Positions 25,348-40,066 of a stretch of DNA of 64,000 bases are shown piece after piece (the first letter of the stretch is position 1; each line of letters opens with the position of its first letter). Position numbers and translations under genes: made by a program. The notes beneath the pieces were generated by a model, which ran no database searches, was not told the DNA's origin, and worked only from the letters and a program-made list of their open reading frames with translations. Origin of the DNA: Eledone cirrhosa (taxonomy: Eukaryota). The stretch is taken from the NCBI GenBank assembly GCA_964016885.1, contig OZ024746.1:76880001-76944000 (forward strand), read 5' to 3'.

Positions 25348-25568
25348 ATATAAATATAGTGTAGTTCAAAACAAGCACTCTATGCACAGGCTGATTGTAT
25401 ATATTAGAAAAAACAAGGAAGTTTCGTTTACATGTAAAAGATATTCACTGTGTATACACCTGTTATGCACATTTCACAGAGGATTGGCTTAAGGTCGCCC
25501 ATAGGAGTTATGGACCTGACTCCACTATCCATCTGCTCTTCATAAACGAAACTTCCTCGCATCTTCTT

Positions 25569-25600
<32 letters not shown>

Positions 25601-26599
25601 TGTGTGTATATATATATATATATATACATGCACTATATTATATAACACACCCTGCATCTTACATATTACAGTCCTATTGATTTGTTAACATTCTTTGCTA
25701 ATAAAGCTAATGAAACAAGTCTTTCAGTGATGAGGTGAGAACCTCAGTAACTATCTCACAAGGTGGGCAGATTAAACATAATTCAGTTGTTTAATCTTGA
25801 GTACATGACTTTGAGCTTAATGAACTGTAGCTAAAGTGTGTATGTGTGTGGCATGTGATGATGGTGCTGATGATGAGGAAACATGTTCAGACATGTAGCT
25901 TGCAGGCTGAGTGGACAGAATGCATTGGCAGCTTATCAGCCAGCAGAGCCAGTAAACATAACTAAAGTATATCTTAAGCACTGTATGTTTTATATATATA
26001 TATATATCAATATCCTCATCATCATCATTATCACTGTTTAATGTCTATTTTTCCACGCTTGCATGGGTTGGACAGGTTGTCATGTTATGAAACAATTCAG
26101 GTAGATGATCATATCTTGCTCATATGGATCTGTATTCTGGCTTGGTTTCTACGACTAGACACCCTTCCTAATGCCAACCATGTTACAGCGTAGACTGGGT
26201 ACCTTTTATCGTAGCACCAAAACAAGCATCTAACAGAGTGAACTAGGTGCTTTTTTGTTCTGTCATCAGCATGAACACCTTACAAGGTGGACTGGGTGCA
26301 TCTTCATGTCATCAAAACGACTACTTTAAGTGGTCGTATTAGTGACATGAATAAACATGATAGACTGGGTTTTTGTTGTACACTAGATAACCATACAGCA
26401 GATCATCATATGGGGTGGACTTTTTTTTTTAGTGGTTTGGCAAGAAAGGTGTATCAGGGGCGAGGAGTGAGGGTTGGGGGAAGTGAAATAAGTACACAGG
26501 TTCAACATAGGTGAGGTACGTAGGATTATTTAGCTGGTGAAGGGGGTACAGGAGATTGCGGAGAGTAAAGAGCAGAAGATTAGTGCAGACTAGTGTCTT

Positions 26600-27119
26600 C
26601 TACATGTTTGTTTCATCCTGTGTACATGGGAGGGTGGGTCTTTTGCAGTACAGCATAACGCCAGAGATCTTGATCCTGTGTCATCTCCTTTGTGAAAGCA
26701 AGGTCAGCTTTTATCACTTTATCCTAGTCTTCTTCTTTCATAGCTTCCATCAACTTTGAGCACCCTGCATCTTTTTATGCAGCTCTCATCCTCCATACAC
26801 ATCACATGTCCATACCACCACAATCTCCTCCCCTGCACAGTACATCTGACTGCTCTTATGCCTTGTTTCTCTCTCAGTTCAGTGACACTTTGTTGTTCAT
26901 GCACACTACTATTACACATCCTTCAGAGCATACAAGGTTCACTTTTTTTCAATCTTCAAAGGTGCTGAAGTCTCACTTCTATGCAGTATTGCTGTTTGGA
27001 CACAAGCATAATACAATCTACCTTTCATTATGAGGGAAAAGCCTTTTGCAGCTAGCAGTGGTAGAAACTCCCTGAACTTTTTCCATTCCGTTCTCACTTT
27101 GGCTACTATACTTTCAGAA

Positions 27120-27120
<1 letters not shown>
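26600..27120 (-). mobile_element. Decayed RTE 3' fragment
   Basis: Reads SESIVAKVRTEWKKFREFLPLL and RRLWWYGHVMCM. Confidence 0.85.
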
Positions 27121-27150
<30 letters not shown>

Positions 27151-28062
27151 CTTTTAATATAAATGAAAGTTGTTTGTGTGTGTGTCTGCCTTGTACTCAG
27201 AAATTAGAAAATGAACACCCACATAACTTATATATTGTTGTTCTCCACCCCACAGGACAGGTAATGGTCACATTTATCTTGATATATGAAATAGTAATTT
27301 ATATTAAATTCAATGTCTTTTGAATTTTCTGTATTCATACAAAAAAAAAAAAAAAAAAATCTGGCGAAATTTTATTTTGCATTTGTCTCTCATTCTGTAG
27401 AGAATGAAAGAGAGGATGATAGTGGAAGAGAGAAAGGATGAGAAAGAAAAAGAAAGAAAACGATAATGTATAATAGAATATGAGAGTGAAAAACTATGAG
27501 CCAGGGGAATAGAGAAAGAGAGATACATGTCAAAAGAGGAAAGAAAGACACACAATATTAAACAACTAATCACTAATAAAGAAATACTGACAGAGTAAAA
27601 AAGAAAGATAAAAGTTGAACTAGAATTTAAAAAAGAAAAGGAAAATGTGACAAACAATGAAGTGAGAGGGCAATGTTCTTTGAGCATTAACACTTGCAAG
27701 GCTACATATGTAAGTGACCATGTCTATGTGTATTTGTGTCTATATTTACACACACATGCATATATGTATATATATATAAATATATACACACACACAAGTG
27801 GTAAGGGTGTTGGACTTATGATCATAATATTGTGGGTTTGATTCCTGGGCTGGGTTGCATGTTGTGTTCCTGAGCAAAACCCTTCATTTCACGTTGCTCC
27901 AGTATACTCAACTAAAAATAAGTACCAGCAATAGCTGGGGGTTTAACCCTGTGATGGACTAGCATCCTGTCCAGGGGTGAGTCTTGTACTCTTAGTCACT
28001 TCAAGCCATGAAACCAGGATAAGCACTGGCCAAATGAGCCTTCTGGCTTAAGACAGACTTAA

Positions 28063-28119
<57 letters not shown>

Positions 28120-28284
28120 CACACATTTTTGTTGTTGTTGTAATTTTGTTCCGATGAGAAGCCAGTTTTGAAATGGCTCCTCCACTATACAATGATGACC
28201 ATAACTGGACCCTAAACCTTAAGGTGATACATACATGTTAAGTGTATGAAATTTTAAATGTACTATATAAATATATATACACAC

Positions 28285-28480
28285 AAGGAAGACGCAGTAG
28301 AGGTAGACCACGATAAACATGGGCGGAGGTGGTGAGAGCAGACCTCAGATCGCTGAAACTCACCGAGGAAATGACGAAGGACCGTGACAAGTGGAGAGAT
28401 GCTGTGCTGAATAGGACCTATCCAACCCTTGCAAGCAGGGAAAAGCGGACGTAAAATGATGATGATGATGATGATGATGA
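28285..28480 (+). mobile_element. RTE 3' end with (GAT)n tail
   Basis: ggtagaccacgataaacatgg...ggacgtaaaa(tga)n. Confidence 0.85.
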
Positions 28481-28489
28481 CAAAGCAGA

Positions 28490-29200
28490 AATCAAAATCA
28501 GACTTAGACATTTGTCCTCACAAGAGAGCCCGTGCAGTGCACTTTGCATCTAAGTGGAGTTACACTGAAATAGGTGGAGAAGTCCAAATATCTTGGGTCC
28601 ATTTTCACAAGTGATGGAATGAAGGTGGCTGAATTAAATATAAGAATTGTTGGAGCTGGCAAAATAATTATTTCTATTTTAGGCACAAGGCCAGCAATTA
28701 CCCAGTACATTACTGGTACTTTATTTTATCAACTCCGTAAGGATGAAAGGCAAAGTTAACCTCGGTGGGATTTGAACTCAGATCATAAAGGGACGTAACT
28801 CTATGCTTCAAAGCATGGTGTACGACTCTCTACCGATACTGCCAATCCACCGCCATCAGGTTCATCATTCAGTTAACAGAAGAAGGGAGGTGGGTGTATA
28901 AAAGCCAGATTTACTATCTTCAATTTAGTATTTGTGCCTACCCTTACCTTTCGTCATGACTATTAAGTAGTGACTGAAAGAATACGATCGCGAATGCAAG
29001 CTGCTGAAATGGGGTTCCTCTCAAGGGTATTTGGAGATCAGTTCAAGATCAGGTAGTTGCTCCAGGTAGAGTTGCTACTTCTAAGCACTGAGAGATCACA
29101 ACTCTGGTACTTTTGAATGTGTGGCTAGAATATCATCTAAGGAAAAATCACAGGGCATACTTTATGGGCAAAGCCAACCAGCAGGTGACCCAGAGTTAGT
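28490..29200 (+). mobile_element. Decayed fragment of a second RTE family, interrupted by a Nin SINE (about 28665-28855, -)
   Basis: Reads EKSKYLGSIFTSDG..LNIRIVGAG, then MTERIRSRMQAAEMGFL. Confidence 0.65.
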
Positions 29201-30294
29201 AATGTGGCCTTCATACCTCGTGTGCTAAATAAATGTTGGCGTAAATTTCAAAAATATGTTAGTGGTGAGTAGTAAAATTAATTACAAAGCTACTTTTCAT
29301 CTAGATGCAGGGTAAAATTGTAGTTTATTTATTTACTAAAATATTATAACTATTTTCAGTTCTATTAAATTCCTAACAATAATTATAACATTGTCTTGTT
29401 AAATGTATATTTTTATACATACATTTGGAGAGCATTCTAATATAAAAATATATGTAATTTTGCAAAATAATTGTTTAATTATCTATTTTTCTATATTTAT
29501 TTTTATTTCATTGTATTATATTATATTATATTAAAAATAAAATTCCTGTTAGAGATTTTTTTTATTGTTAGAACTCATCTTATCAGGAAAAAATATTTTA
29601 AAACTAGGATTCTTATGAAATTATAAACTATCTTTTCCATTTTTTAAAATTATTATATACATTTTTATATGCCTAATGTATAATTGACTAACTACTGTCC
29701 TCTTCTTTTTTCTGGTCAATATCAGACCTGCCAACCTCTAGAAACCCAAAGTACCCCAAAATGGGGAGAAATGAGGCAAAATGGGGAAATTTTAAATAAT
29801 TGTTTCTACTTTTGGCACAAGGCCATCAATTACCCAGTACATTACTGGTACTTTATTTTATCGACCCCGTAAGGATGAAAGGCAAAGTTAACCTCGGCGG
29901 GATTTGAACTCAGACCGCAAAGGGACGTAACTATGCTGGAAAGCATGGCATTAAATAATGAAAGCTATACTCATTTTCATAAGAGAAGACATCTCTCACC
30001 CACCCCAAAAGTGAGTGGGAGATTCCCTGTACGACAGGGAGAGTTGACAGGTCTGCAATATACACACTTATATTCTCATGTAATATTGCTTCTAATTTTT
30101 AATCATGTCTGCTAATGTATGGATGTACAGAAGCACTACATTTTGACATACTGTTTTTAATACCATTTCTGCTTTGCTGATGCTTTTGATAGCGCTTGTA
30201 ATTTGCAATATATGAATTGGTATGGTATGAACCTCGTCTATGGTATGGAGTTATCTCTTGTATGTAATACAGTTGAAACTTCAAACAATATCTA

Positions 30295-30376
30295 AATTCC
30301 TGAAGATATGTAGAGCAAGGGACAGATGTATGTATTGTGGTATGGCCCACCGCTCTACATTGAAAGATGTAGAATT
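30295..30376 (+). ncRNA. Hammerhead ribozyme motif, same family as 17938-18027; helix III degenerate
   Basis: aattc-CTGAAGA-t atgtagagc..gctctacat t-GAAA-gat GTA-gaatt. Confidence 0.65.
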
Positions 30377-30529
30377 AAAAATATGTTTTAAGTATAATTT
30401 GGTTCATGTATCTCTGGGTAAACAGATGATAAACGACAGGTAGAAGAGAAAATGACTGTATTGGATGTTTGTCTGGTTTACAGTATGAGGCAAAACCATG
30501 GTGTGTGTGACAAAACAAAAAAAAACAGT

Positions 30530-31448
30530 GAAAAATCTTCCAGATACACCAGATTCTTTGTTTTACCATTCGTGCATAATATATGAAGATTTCTAGGTGT
30601 TCCCACTCGTGAACAACCTACATATAACTGTCCATGGGTAAAAACCAATTCTCTCATATTCTCAATTCTACAACTTTGAGACTTTGAGTTTTATTTATGG
30701 TCATAGCAAAAATAGCTCCAACAGGGAACTGACGTCTTGAGAATTTTAATGGCAGCTCGGTAGAGGAAGGGATAAGAGGAATCTTGGAAATAAATGCATT
30801 TTCTCCTTGAGGATTGCGTCCAAGAATAGTGACTTCTAGGAGATTGTTCCTCATCTGCCTGACTGTAAAATGTGTGCCATTGCATAGAAGTAGCGGGTCC
30901 ATGTTTCTCAAAAGGATGATGGAAGTCCCAATATTTTATATTATATATATATAGGTATACATAATTGTATATAAATGTGTATGTGCATGCACGCGTATGT
31001 GTGTATCAACCAGCGTTTGAATTGGAGATGTTGGCTGCGAAACATTTATGTATATGTATGTGTAGATGTGTGTGTAGATGTGTGTGTGTGTGTTTAACTC
31101 TCTTGTCTATGTATCTGATTAAGTATTTACATGATGATGTGTGTGTGTGTGTGTAACTTACTAAGATGTAACGTGCGTAACAAATGCACAAACACACACA
31201 CACTCATATACAAAATGTGTCATCGTCGTGGTGTTATAAAATATCTGTTTACTTATAGTTGTCTATAGTAGATTATTTTAGTTAAAGTGTTATATTGTTT
31301 TAATCCAAATGAAAATAAGAATAATATGTTGATACTCCCAGGGTCTAATACTATTATTACCTTGTAAAATTTGATTTGATTTGCTCAAGCCATTTGGGAA
31401 TGCATAAGGAAAAGATAGACAGACAGACAAAGAATTTTATATATAGAG
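30530..31448 (-). mobile_element. Helitron remnant with PIF1-like helicase C-terminus
   Basis: Reads LRNMDP..LCNGT, KIPLIPS, RRQFPV..FAMTINKTQ and NGKTKNLVY. A Helitron-like 5' end (tctatatataaaattctttgtctgtctgtc) lies on the minus strand at about 31448. Confidence 0.8.
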
Positions 31449-32469
31449 AGAGATAGACGACTGTGTTACACTGATTCATCTTGAGAATTAGGTTAAGGAT
31501 ACACGTGACTATGGAATACTCAGCCATTTACACATTAGTTTAATGAGTTGGTTGTTCTGTTGATGAAACAACTAAATGAACAGAGTTGGAACTGAGAGAG
31601 TATCTATCATCATGTTTTGCCTAGGTTACTGAAAAGAAATGGTAATAACTAGCATATGAACCATATAAGTCAAGTTGTAGATGCAGCATGGCTGAATTTT
31701 TAAGGAGTTTGATTCACAATCATTAGGTCCTAGGTTCGATCTCTCTGTGAGGTACCTTGGGCAAGTGTCATTTACCACAACCTTGAGTTAACCCATGCCC
31801 TGTGAGTGAAATTGGCTGAACAGAAACTGTAATTCAATGTTACACATTGTGTCAGGTTGAATCTCCTTGAGAATTCCGTTAAGGGTACATGTAACTATGG
31901 GATGCACACCACTTACATGTTAATTTCATGAAACAACTGGAACACTAACTGTCAAAACCGATAGTGGTTCATTGGATAAGTAAAGTGGTGAAAACACTTC
32001 CTTCTTTTTTAGTTCCTTTTGGGACATTGGACAACAAGAGATCTCCACTCTAAGGTCACAAGTCTGCTCTCATACCAGACCCATGTTTGCCAGGTATTCC
32101 TCTACACACCTCAGCCAGGTGTTGACAGGTCTGCTATGACTCATATACTTCCTTCTGTCTTCCACTGTCACTGGTCTTTCGATAGGCATGCCCAACACAA
32201 AAGCACCAGTAAAATATAAATGTTTCAGATTTGTAACTGTTTGGCAAGTGACTTGATCTGAGATCATATGTGGAAACTGAAACAAGTACACTGAGGAGGA
32301 GTCACAATAGCAATTTAAAACACACACAAATACCTTTATATTAATATTTATTTAATTTAGTTATAGTATTAAAGTCTTTCATCATATATCTATGACCTAG
32401 TCACTGATAATTTATTCCAATGTAACCATACAGTCAGGCCCATGTGAAGCTGGTAGTAGGCCAAGGCTA

Positions 32470-33155
32470 GATGTGAAATGTAGGCCCATTTCAACTGATA
32501 ACAGGTCCAGACAGGATGTGAAATGTAGGCCCATTTCAACCGATAACAGGTCCAGACAGGATGTGAAATGTAGGCCCATTTCAACTGATAACAGGTCCAG
32601 ACAGGATGTGAAATGTAGGCCCATTTCAACTGATAACAGGTCCAGACAGGATGTGAAATGTAGGCCCATTTCAACTGATAACAGGTCCAGACAGGATGTG
32701 AAATGTAGGCCCATTTCAACTGATAACAGGTCCAGACAGGATGTGAAATGTAGGCCCATTTCAACTGATAACAGGTCCAGACAGGATGTGAAATGTAGGC
32801 CCATTTCAACTGATAACAGGTCCAGACAGGATGTGAAATGTAGGCCCATTTCAACTGATAACAGGTCCAGACAGGATGTGAAATGTAGGCCCATTTCAAC
32901 TGATAACAGGTCCAGACAGGATGTGAAATGTAGGCCCATTTCAACTGATAACAGGTCCAGACAGGATGTGAAATGTAGGCCCATTTCAACTGATAACAGG
33001 TTCAGGCAGGATGTGAAATGTAGGCCCATTTCAACTGATAACAGGTCCAGACAGGATGTGAAATGTAGGCCCATTTCAACTGATAACAGGTTCAGGCAGG
33101 ATGTGAAATGTAGGCCCATTTCAACTGATAACAGGTTCAGGCAGGATGTAAAATG
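32470..33155. repeat. Homogeneous 45-bp minisatellite, 15 full copies
   Basis: Unit gatgtgaaatgtaggcccatttcaactgataacaggtccagacag, with no unique spacers. Confidence 0.97.
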
Positions 33156-33498
33156 CAGTGACATGGGGGGGGGGGGGTCTTTTATATTATTTCTATTGCA
33201 GTTTGCTTAATAAACAATAGTTTAGGGCTAAACAACAACTTGTCTGATTTTAACCCTTTCCTTACCACAATTCTAATAAAAGGCATTGCCTATCATTTTC
33301 AAACCACTTTGAAAATAGTCAAGAATTTAAGCAGTTAAGTGAAGTCAAGATAAAGACATATATGGAAACACCCACCCACACACAAGAGGCTACTGCCCAG
33401 TTTTCACTGATCAAATTTCATTCACAATACATTGGTCAGCTCGAAGCTATTGCAGAAGACATGTGCCCAAGGTGTCACATAGTGGGATTAAACCTTAA

Positions 33499-33703
33499 CC
33501 CTTTAGCATTTACATTACTATATATATACTATTATATTTTCACGGTAAAGGCTTTACCTCACAAAATATCGAATCTATGAGATTTTGATATTTATTTTGA
33601 GAACAATACCTTAACATCAGTATGTGTGGCCAATTACAGCCGGTTTGAACAGAAAGAGGTGAGAGAATTTTGGCCAGATATGGCTGGTTTAGATACTAAA
33701 GGG
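33499..33703. mobile_element. piggyBac-type MITE with TTAA TSD, inserted in a SINE
   Basis: TTAA|ccctttagcattta ... tagatactaaaggg|TTAA. Confidence 0.85.
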
Positions 33704-34314
33704 TTAAACTATGTGGTTGTGAAGCAAACTTCTTAACCACACAGCCACGTCTGTAGGAAACTGTAATGATTTATTAAAGTGGATAAACTAGTTATATAGG
33801 AAGATGTACAAACATAATTGGTGAGGACAATTAATTATTTAACCAAAGATAGACATAAATCAATCATTAACAAAACATAATCTATAGTGATATCATATGT
33901 AAATGTAACCATACTATAAATACTAGAATGCCCTTCTTTCCACACGGTAAAGAATGGCCATGGCTTTGCACCTGCAATGTTCCTCTCTAAGGTGCAAGCG
34001 CCAGCATAATTGTCTTTGTGGAAGACCAGCAACCACCTACACATACTAGTCTCCTATGCACACCACTGTTGTCCAAGGGGAATAGAAAGACAAGGGTTTG
34101 GCACCAGTCACAATGCAACTCATTTTTTTCAGCTGAGTGGACTGGAGCAATGTGAAATAAAGTGTCTTGCTCAAGTATATAATACACTGCCCAGTTCAGG
34201 TAGACAGAAACTGTTTGGAAGCCCATCAGATGGACTGCACCTGTAACTTAAAGTGCCAGCCATGTCACACACTGTGTCATGCTAAATCTCCCTGAGAATT
34301 AAGATAAGGGTACA

Positions 34315-34900
34315 CATCATTATCATCCCTTTTATGTCCATTTTTTCATATTTGCATGGGTTAGACAGGTCCTTCCACTCATTGCATTCCTTTGTCATCT
34401 CTTTTGTGAGGTCCAGCATTTTGAGATCTGCTCTCACCATCTCTGCCCTGGTTTTCCTTGGCCTTCTTCTACTGTGACTTACCTCCAATAGAAGCTACTG
34501 GCATTTCTTCACCCAATAATCATCCTTCATACTCATTACATGGCCATACCAGTGCAGTCTTTTCTTTTGCACACTAAATCTGATTCCTTTTAGAGTTAAT
34601 TTCTCTCTCATCTCATCCATGCTTCATCATTCATGTAAATTAACATCACGCATCAATCAAATCATGCTCACTTTATTTCTCTCTACTTACTGCCCATGTT
34701 TCACTTCCATGCAACACAGTACTTTTCACACAGGTATCATACAGCCAGCCTTTTGTTTTTAGAGAGAAACCTTTTGTTGTCAACAGAGACGATAGCTCCC
34801 TGAACTTTTTCCATCCTGTTCTTATTCTAGCTAATATTCTTTCAGAACTACAACCACTGTTAATTAGGTCACCTAGGTAGCAAAAGCTATCAACCACTTA
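34315..34900 (-). mobile_element. Decayed RTE 3' fragment
   Basis: Reads VDSFCYLGD, ARIRTGWKKFREL, HGSETW and RPRKTR. Confidence 0.85.
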
Positions 34901-36165
34901 TAAGTGTAATATGTAAAGTACACAAAAGTGTATGTGTAACATGTAGACTACATGAAGAGTGTAATTGTAATATGTAGAGTATATGAAGAGCTTATAAAAA
35001 GCTGGCTGACTTTATCAGCAATGTTTATAAGGAGAACAAAATGGTTTTTTCTTTTGGCAATGGAAAAGTAAGAATCAATAGGGGTTGAATTAGTCCCTAG
35101 AAAAGGGGACTTTCCATTTAATGTAATCAAACTTAATAATCATTGTGGCTGTTTAACACTGAGAGGTACTGGTCAAATAGACAATGGATTTCAATTTTTC
35201 TGGATCAGGTAACAGAAAATTGTTCTCAATTTTATATTTTAAGTAAATGCTGTGTATTTCTGGTTTAAAATACACTGCATCTCTGTGTATCATAAAAGGT
35301 GACTAAAAGGGTTGACGCCAGGAAGGGCAACCAACCCTAAGACATTGTTTCAAACTGGACCCCAGAATGAGCATGAAGCCTTTCAAGGGGCCTGCAAGGC
35401 TAATTTCTAATTGAGCAGGGGGAAAATGGCCTTAAAACGCTTACTATTTTGTACTTTAATCCTTTTGATACCAAACCTCCTAAAATTGCCCATGGTTCTG
35501 TGATACAAAACTGCTTGTTTTAAAGTATTCTTCCTTACATTTAAACATTCCATCATAATTTTATGTAAGAAATTCTTGTCAAGTAATATTAATATTCCAA
35601 ACACCTACTTGATCATGAAAAAGTTAATTAATTTACTAAATTCTTCAAATTTTTTATTATTATTTTCAAAGTTAATTGAAACATATAGTGTCTTTCATTG
35701 GAAATATGGTAATAAATGTATGTTTAGAAGATATTTATCATTGGTCAATGTAATATTGTGGAGGCACATTGCCTAGTGATAAGTGTGTTGGACTTACGAT
35801 CATAATGTTGTGTGTTCAATTCCTGGACCAGTTTGTTGTGTGTTGTATTCTTGAGCAAAATATTTCATTTCATGCTGCTCCTGTACAATCAGCAGGGAAT
35901 GAGTACCAGCAATGGACTGGCATCATGTCCAGAAGGGAATCTTGTACTCTCAGTAGCTTAACGCCATGAAAACCAGGATAAGAACTGGCCTGGTGAGCCT
36001 CCAGGTTCGAGACAGACTTTCGACTTAGAGTGTAATATTGATTTTTGTAGTAACTAAAACAAAGTACGTCAACTTCTTATTGTGCACTTCATTAGCATCT
36101 TAGAGGTAGGCACAAACACCTTTGATAATATTGTCAGTAATTATACTTACTATCAATTATTATTT

Positions 36166-36356
36166 GGAGGTGGATTGGCAGTATCGGTATAGGTTTGGAC
36201 ACCATGCTTTGCAGCATAGAGTTACGGCCCTTTATGGTCTGATTTCAAATCCCGCCGAGGTTAACTTTGCCCTTCATCCTTACGGGGGTCGATAAAATAA
36301 AGTACCAGTAATGCACTGGGATAATTGCTGGCCTTGTGCCAAAAGTAGAAACAATT
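36166..36356 (+). mobile_element. Nin-domain tRNA SINE
   Basis: ggaggtggattggcagtatcgg...ttcaaatcccgccgaggttaactttgcccttcatccttacgggggtcgataaaataaagtaccag...gccttgtgccaaaagtagaaac. Other copies lie near 1945, 13555, 29795, 39582, 47520, 49700, 50300-50760 and 50978. Confidence 0.85.
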
Positions 36357-36434
36357 ATTTGAACAGCATTTGCAACATAAGTCACATCAAATTGTAAACC
36401 TGTAAACTGGAATGAGTATCCACCAGTTGGAAAT

Positions 36435-36467
<33 letters not shown>

Positions 36468-36473
<6 letters not shown>

Positions 36474-38032
36474 GATATGTGGTAATATATATATATACAC
36501 TACAGATTCATATGTTAACACATGTTCACACAAATATATACATACACACACATACAGATATGTGGTAATATATATATATACACTACAGATTCATATGTTA
36601 ACACATGTTCACACAAATATATACATACACACACATACAGATATGTGGTAATATATATATATACACTACAGATTCATATGTTAACACATGTTCACACAAA
36701 TATATACATACACACACATACAGATATGTGGTAATATATATATATACACTACAGATTCATATGTTAACACATGTTCACACAAATATATACACACACACAT
36801 ACAGATATGTGGTAATATATATATATACACTACAGATTCATATGTTAACACATGTTCACACAAATATATACACACACACATACAGATATGTGGTAATATA
36901 TATATATACACTACAGATTCATATGTTAACACATGTTCACACAAATATATACACACACACATACAGATATGTGGTAATATATATATATACACTACAGATT
37001 CATATGTTAACACATGTTCACACAAATATATACACACACACATACAGATATGTGGTAATATATATATATACACTACAGATTCATATGTTAACACATGTTC
37101 ACACAAATATATACACACACACATACAGATATGTGGTAATATATATATATACACTACAGATTCATATGTTAACACATGTTCACACAAATATATACACACA
37201 CACATACAGATATGTGGTAATATATATATATACACTACAGATTCATATGTTAACACATGTTCACACAAATATATACACACACATACAGATATGTGCTTAT
37301 ATATATATACACTACAGATTCATATGTTAACACATGTTCACACAAATATATACATACACACACATACAGATATGTGGTAATATATATATATACACTACAG
37401 ATTCATATGTTAACACATGTTCACACAAATATATACACACACACACATACAGATATGTGCTTATATATATATACACTACAGATTCATATGTTAACACATG
37501 TTCACGCAAATATATACATACACACACATACAGATATGTGGTAATATATATATATACACTACAGATTCATATGTTAACACATGTTCACACAAATATATAC
37601 ACACACACATACAGATATGTGGTAATATATATATATATACACTACAGATTCATATGTTAACACATGTTCACACAAATATATACACACACACACATACAGA
37701 TATGTGGTAATATATATATACACTACAGATTCATATGTTAACACATGTTCACACAAATATATACACACACATACAGATATGTGGTAATATATATATATAC
37801 ACTACAGATTCATATGTTAACACATGTTCACACAAATATATACACACACACACATACAGATATGTGGTAATATATATATACACTACAGATTCATATGTTA
37901 ACACATGTTCACACAAATATATACACACACACATACAGATATGTGGTAATATATATATATACACTACAGATTCATATGTTAACACATGTTCACACAAATA
38001 TATACACACACACATACAGATATGTGGTAATA
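36468..38032. repeat. Minisatellite of about 81-83 bp, roughly 19 copies, with internal (TA)/(CA) runs
   Basis: Unit catacagatatgtggtaa(ta)n cactacagattcatatgttaacacatgttcacacaaatatata(ca)n. Confidence 0.95.
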
Positions 38033-38269
38033 TATTCATATATCTATGCACATGTGTGCACACATACATACTCACATACACATATCGATATGTACTAATA
38101 TATATATATATATATATATTCATATGCCTATGCATTTGCATGCACACATACATACACACACACAGTTATGAGCTTGTGTATACATAGATATCCATGTGCA
38201 CACATTCACACACACACACACACACACAGATGGATTGCAAATGTGTGTGAGAGAGAGAGAGTGTGTGAC

Positions 38270-38760
38270 TGAGTGAGTGTGTGTGAATGTGTGAGTGAAT
38301 GAGTGTGTGAGTGAGGGAGTGAGTGGGTGAGTGAGTGAGTGAGTGAGTGAGTGAGTGAGTGAGTGGGTGAGTGAGTGAGTGGGTGGGTGGGTGAGTGAGT
38401 GAATGAGTGAGTGAGTGAGTGAGTGTGAGTGAGTGAGTGTGAGTGAGTGAGTGTGTGAATGAGTGAGTGAGTGAGTGTGAGTGAGTGAGTGAGTGAGTGA
38501 GTGAGTGAGTGAGTGAGTGAGTGAGTGAGTGAGTGAGTGAGTGAGTGAGTGAGTGAGTGAGTGAGTGAGTGAGTGAGTGTGAGTGAGTGTGAGTGAGTGT
38601 CTGAATGAGTGAATGAGTGTGAGTGTGTGAGTGAGTGAGTGAGTGAGTGAGTGAATGAGTGAATGAGTGTGAGTGAGTGAGTGAGTGTGTGAATGAGTGT
38701 GTGAATGAGTGAGTGAGTGAGTGAGTGAGTGAGTGAGTGAGTGAGTGAGTGAGTGAGTGT
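38270..38760. repeat. (GAGT)n microsatellite
   Basis: Seen directly. Confidence 0.95.
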
Positions 38761-39930
38761 GTGTGTGTGAAGGCACCGGTATTCAGCTCAGGATCGTATG
38801 GTCATAAGTTCTATTCACGCTGGTTCATTGTGTCCTTCAGCAAGACACTTTATTTCACATTGCTCCAGTCCACTCAGCTGGAGAAAATGAATTGAACCTG
38901 TAAATTCAAGAGACCAGCCTTGTTGCACATTGTGTCACGCTGAATCTCCCTGAGAACTATATTAAGGGTACAGGTGTCTGTGGAATGCTCAGCCACTTAC
39001 ATGTTAATTTCACAAGCAAGCTGTTCCGCTGATCGAAGGTCCAATAAGTGTGTAAACAGTATATCCAACTGATGGCAAATTAAAAAACAAAACAAAACAA
39101 AACAAAAACAATCCAGCTTCTACGTAGTCACTCGACCTGCTAGAAACAGCAGCCAAATCCTCATTCATTGCAATCTACTACTGCCTTTCAAAATAGGTCA
39201 TTTGACACCGTAGTCCTAGATTGGTGGTTCCCAAACTTTTCACTATCAAAGATCCCTTTTATTTAAATGAATTATCCCATGCCTCAGCTCTTACTACTAT
39301 TACCTACCCCCTATTGTTATAGAGCAGAGGTTCTCAAATTGGGCGCTACCCCCCCCCCCCCCCCGGGGTGCTGGGGCCTAAGGGGGCAGGGGAGAGGTAG
39401 AGATGATATAATAGTATATTAAATATCAAATTATACATAGTATATATTATATTATTTATTATATATCATTTACAATTTGCGTGTAGGCATGTTATTTCTC
39501 TGTAAATATGGGTCAGGGGGGCACTGAGGATATTACATGGTCGTGAGGGGGGCGGTGGGAGAACCTAGAGTGATGATAATAATTGTTTCTACTTTTGGCA
39601 CAAGGCCAGCAATTATCTCAGTGCATTACTGGTACTTTATCTTATTGACCCCGTAAGGATAAAAGGCAAAGTTAACCACGGCGGGATTTGAACTCAGACC
39701 GTAAAGGAAGGTAACTCTGCTGAAAAGCCTGGCGTCCGACCCTCTACCTATACTGCCATTTCACCACCCTTAGAGTGATGATAATCAAAAGAGAAATGTT
39801 TATACTTAAAGAAGAATGGATACCAAATCGTGTATGTATATTATGTTTATAAAAAAGTACTAGACATTTTGTACATAGCCCCCCCCCCCCCGTATTACTT
39901 TTGAGGATGTCAAGTTGGGAATCGTTGGTA

Positions 39931-39987
<57 letters not shown>

Positions 39988-40066
39988 TCCCGCGTTAAAT
40001 CGGGGATAACCACAGTAAGTAAGGTACTCAATACATAGCAGAGTAAAAGTAATTTAATATAGAAAT

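Noticed and set aside
32470-33155. CRISPR-like array or repeat-protein exon
   Set aside because: Units are contiguous with no unique spacers, the context is a eukaryotic intron, and there are no cas genes. Open frames follow from the 45-bp period.
32470-33155. Circularly permuted hammerhead in the 45-bp unit (CTGATAA...GAAA tg..ca TT)
   Set aside because: The invariant G8 is missing, and only about 4 nt separate the putative cleavage site from CUGA, so helix I cannot form. It is likely coincidental.
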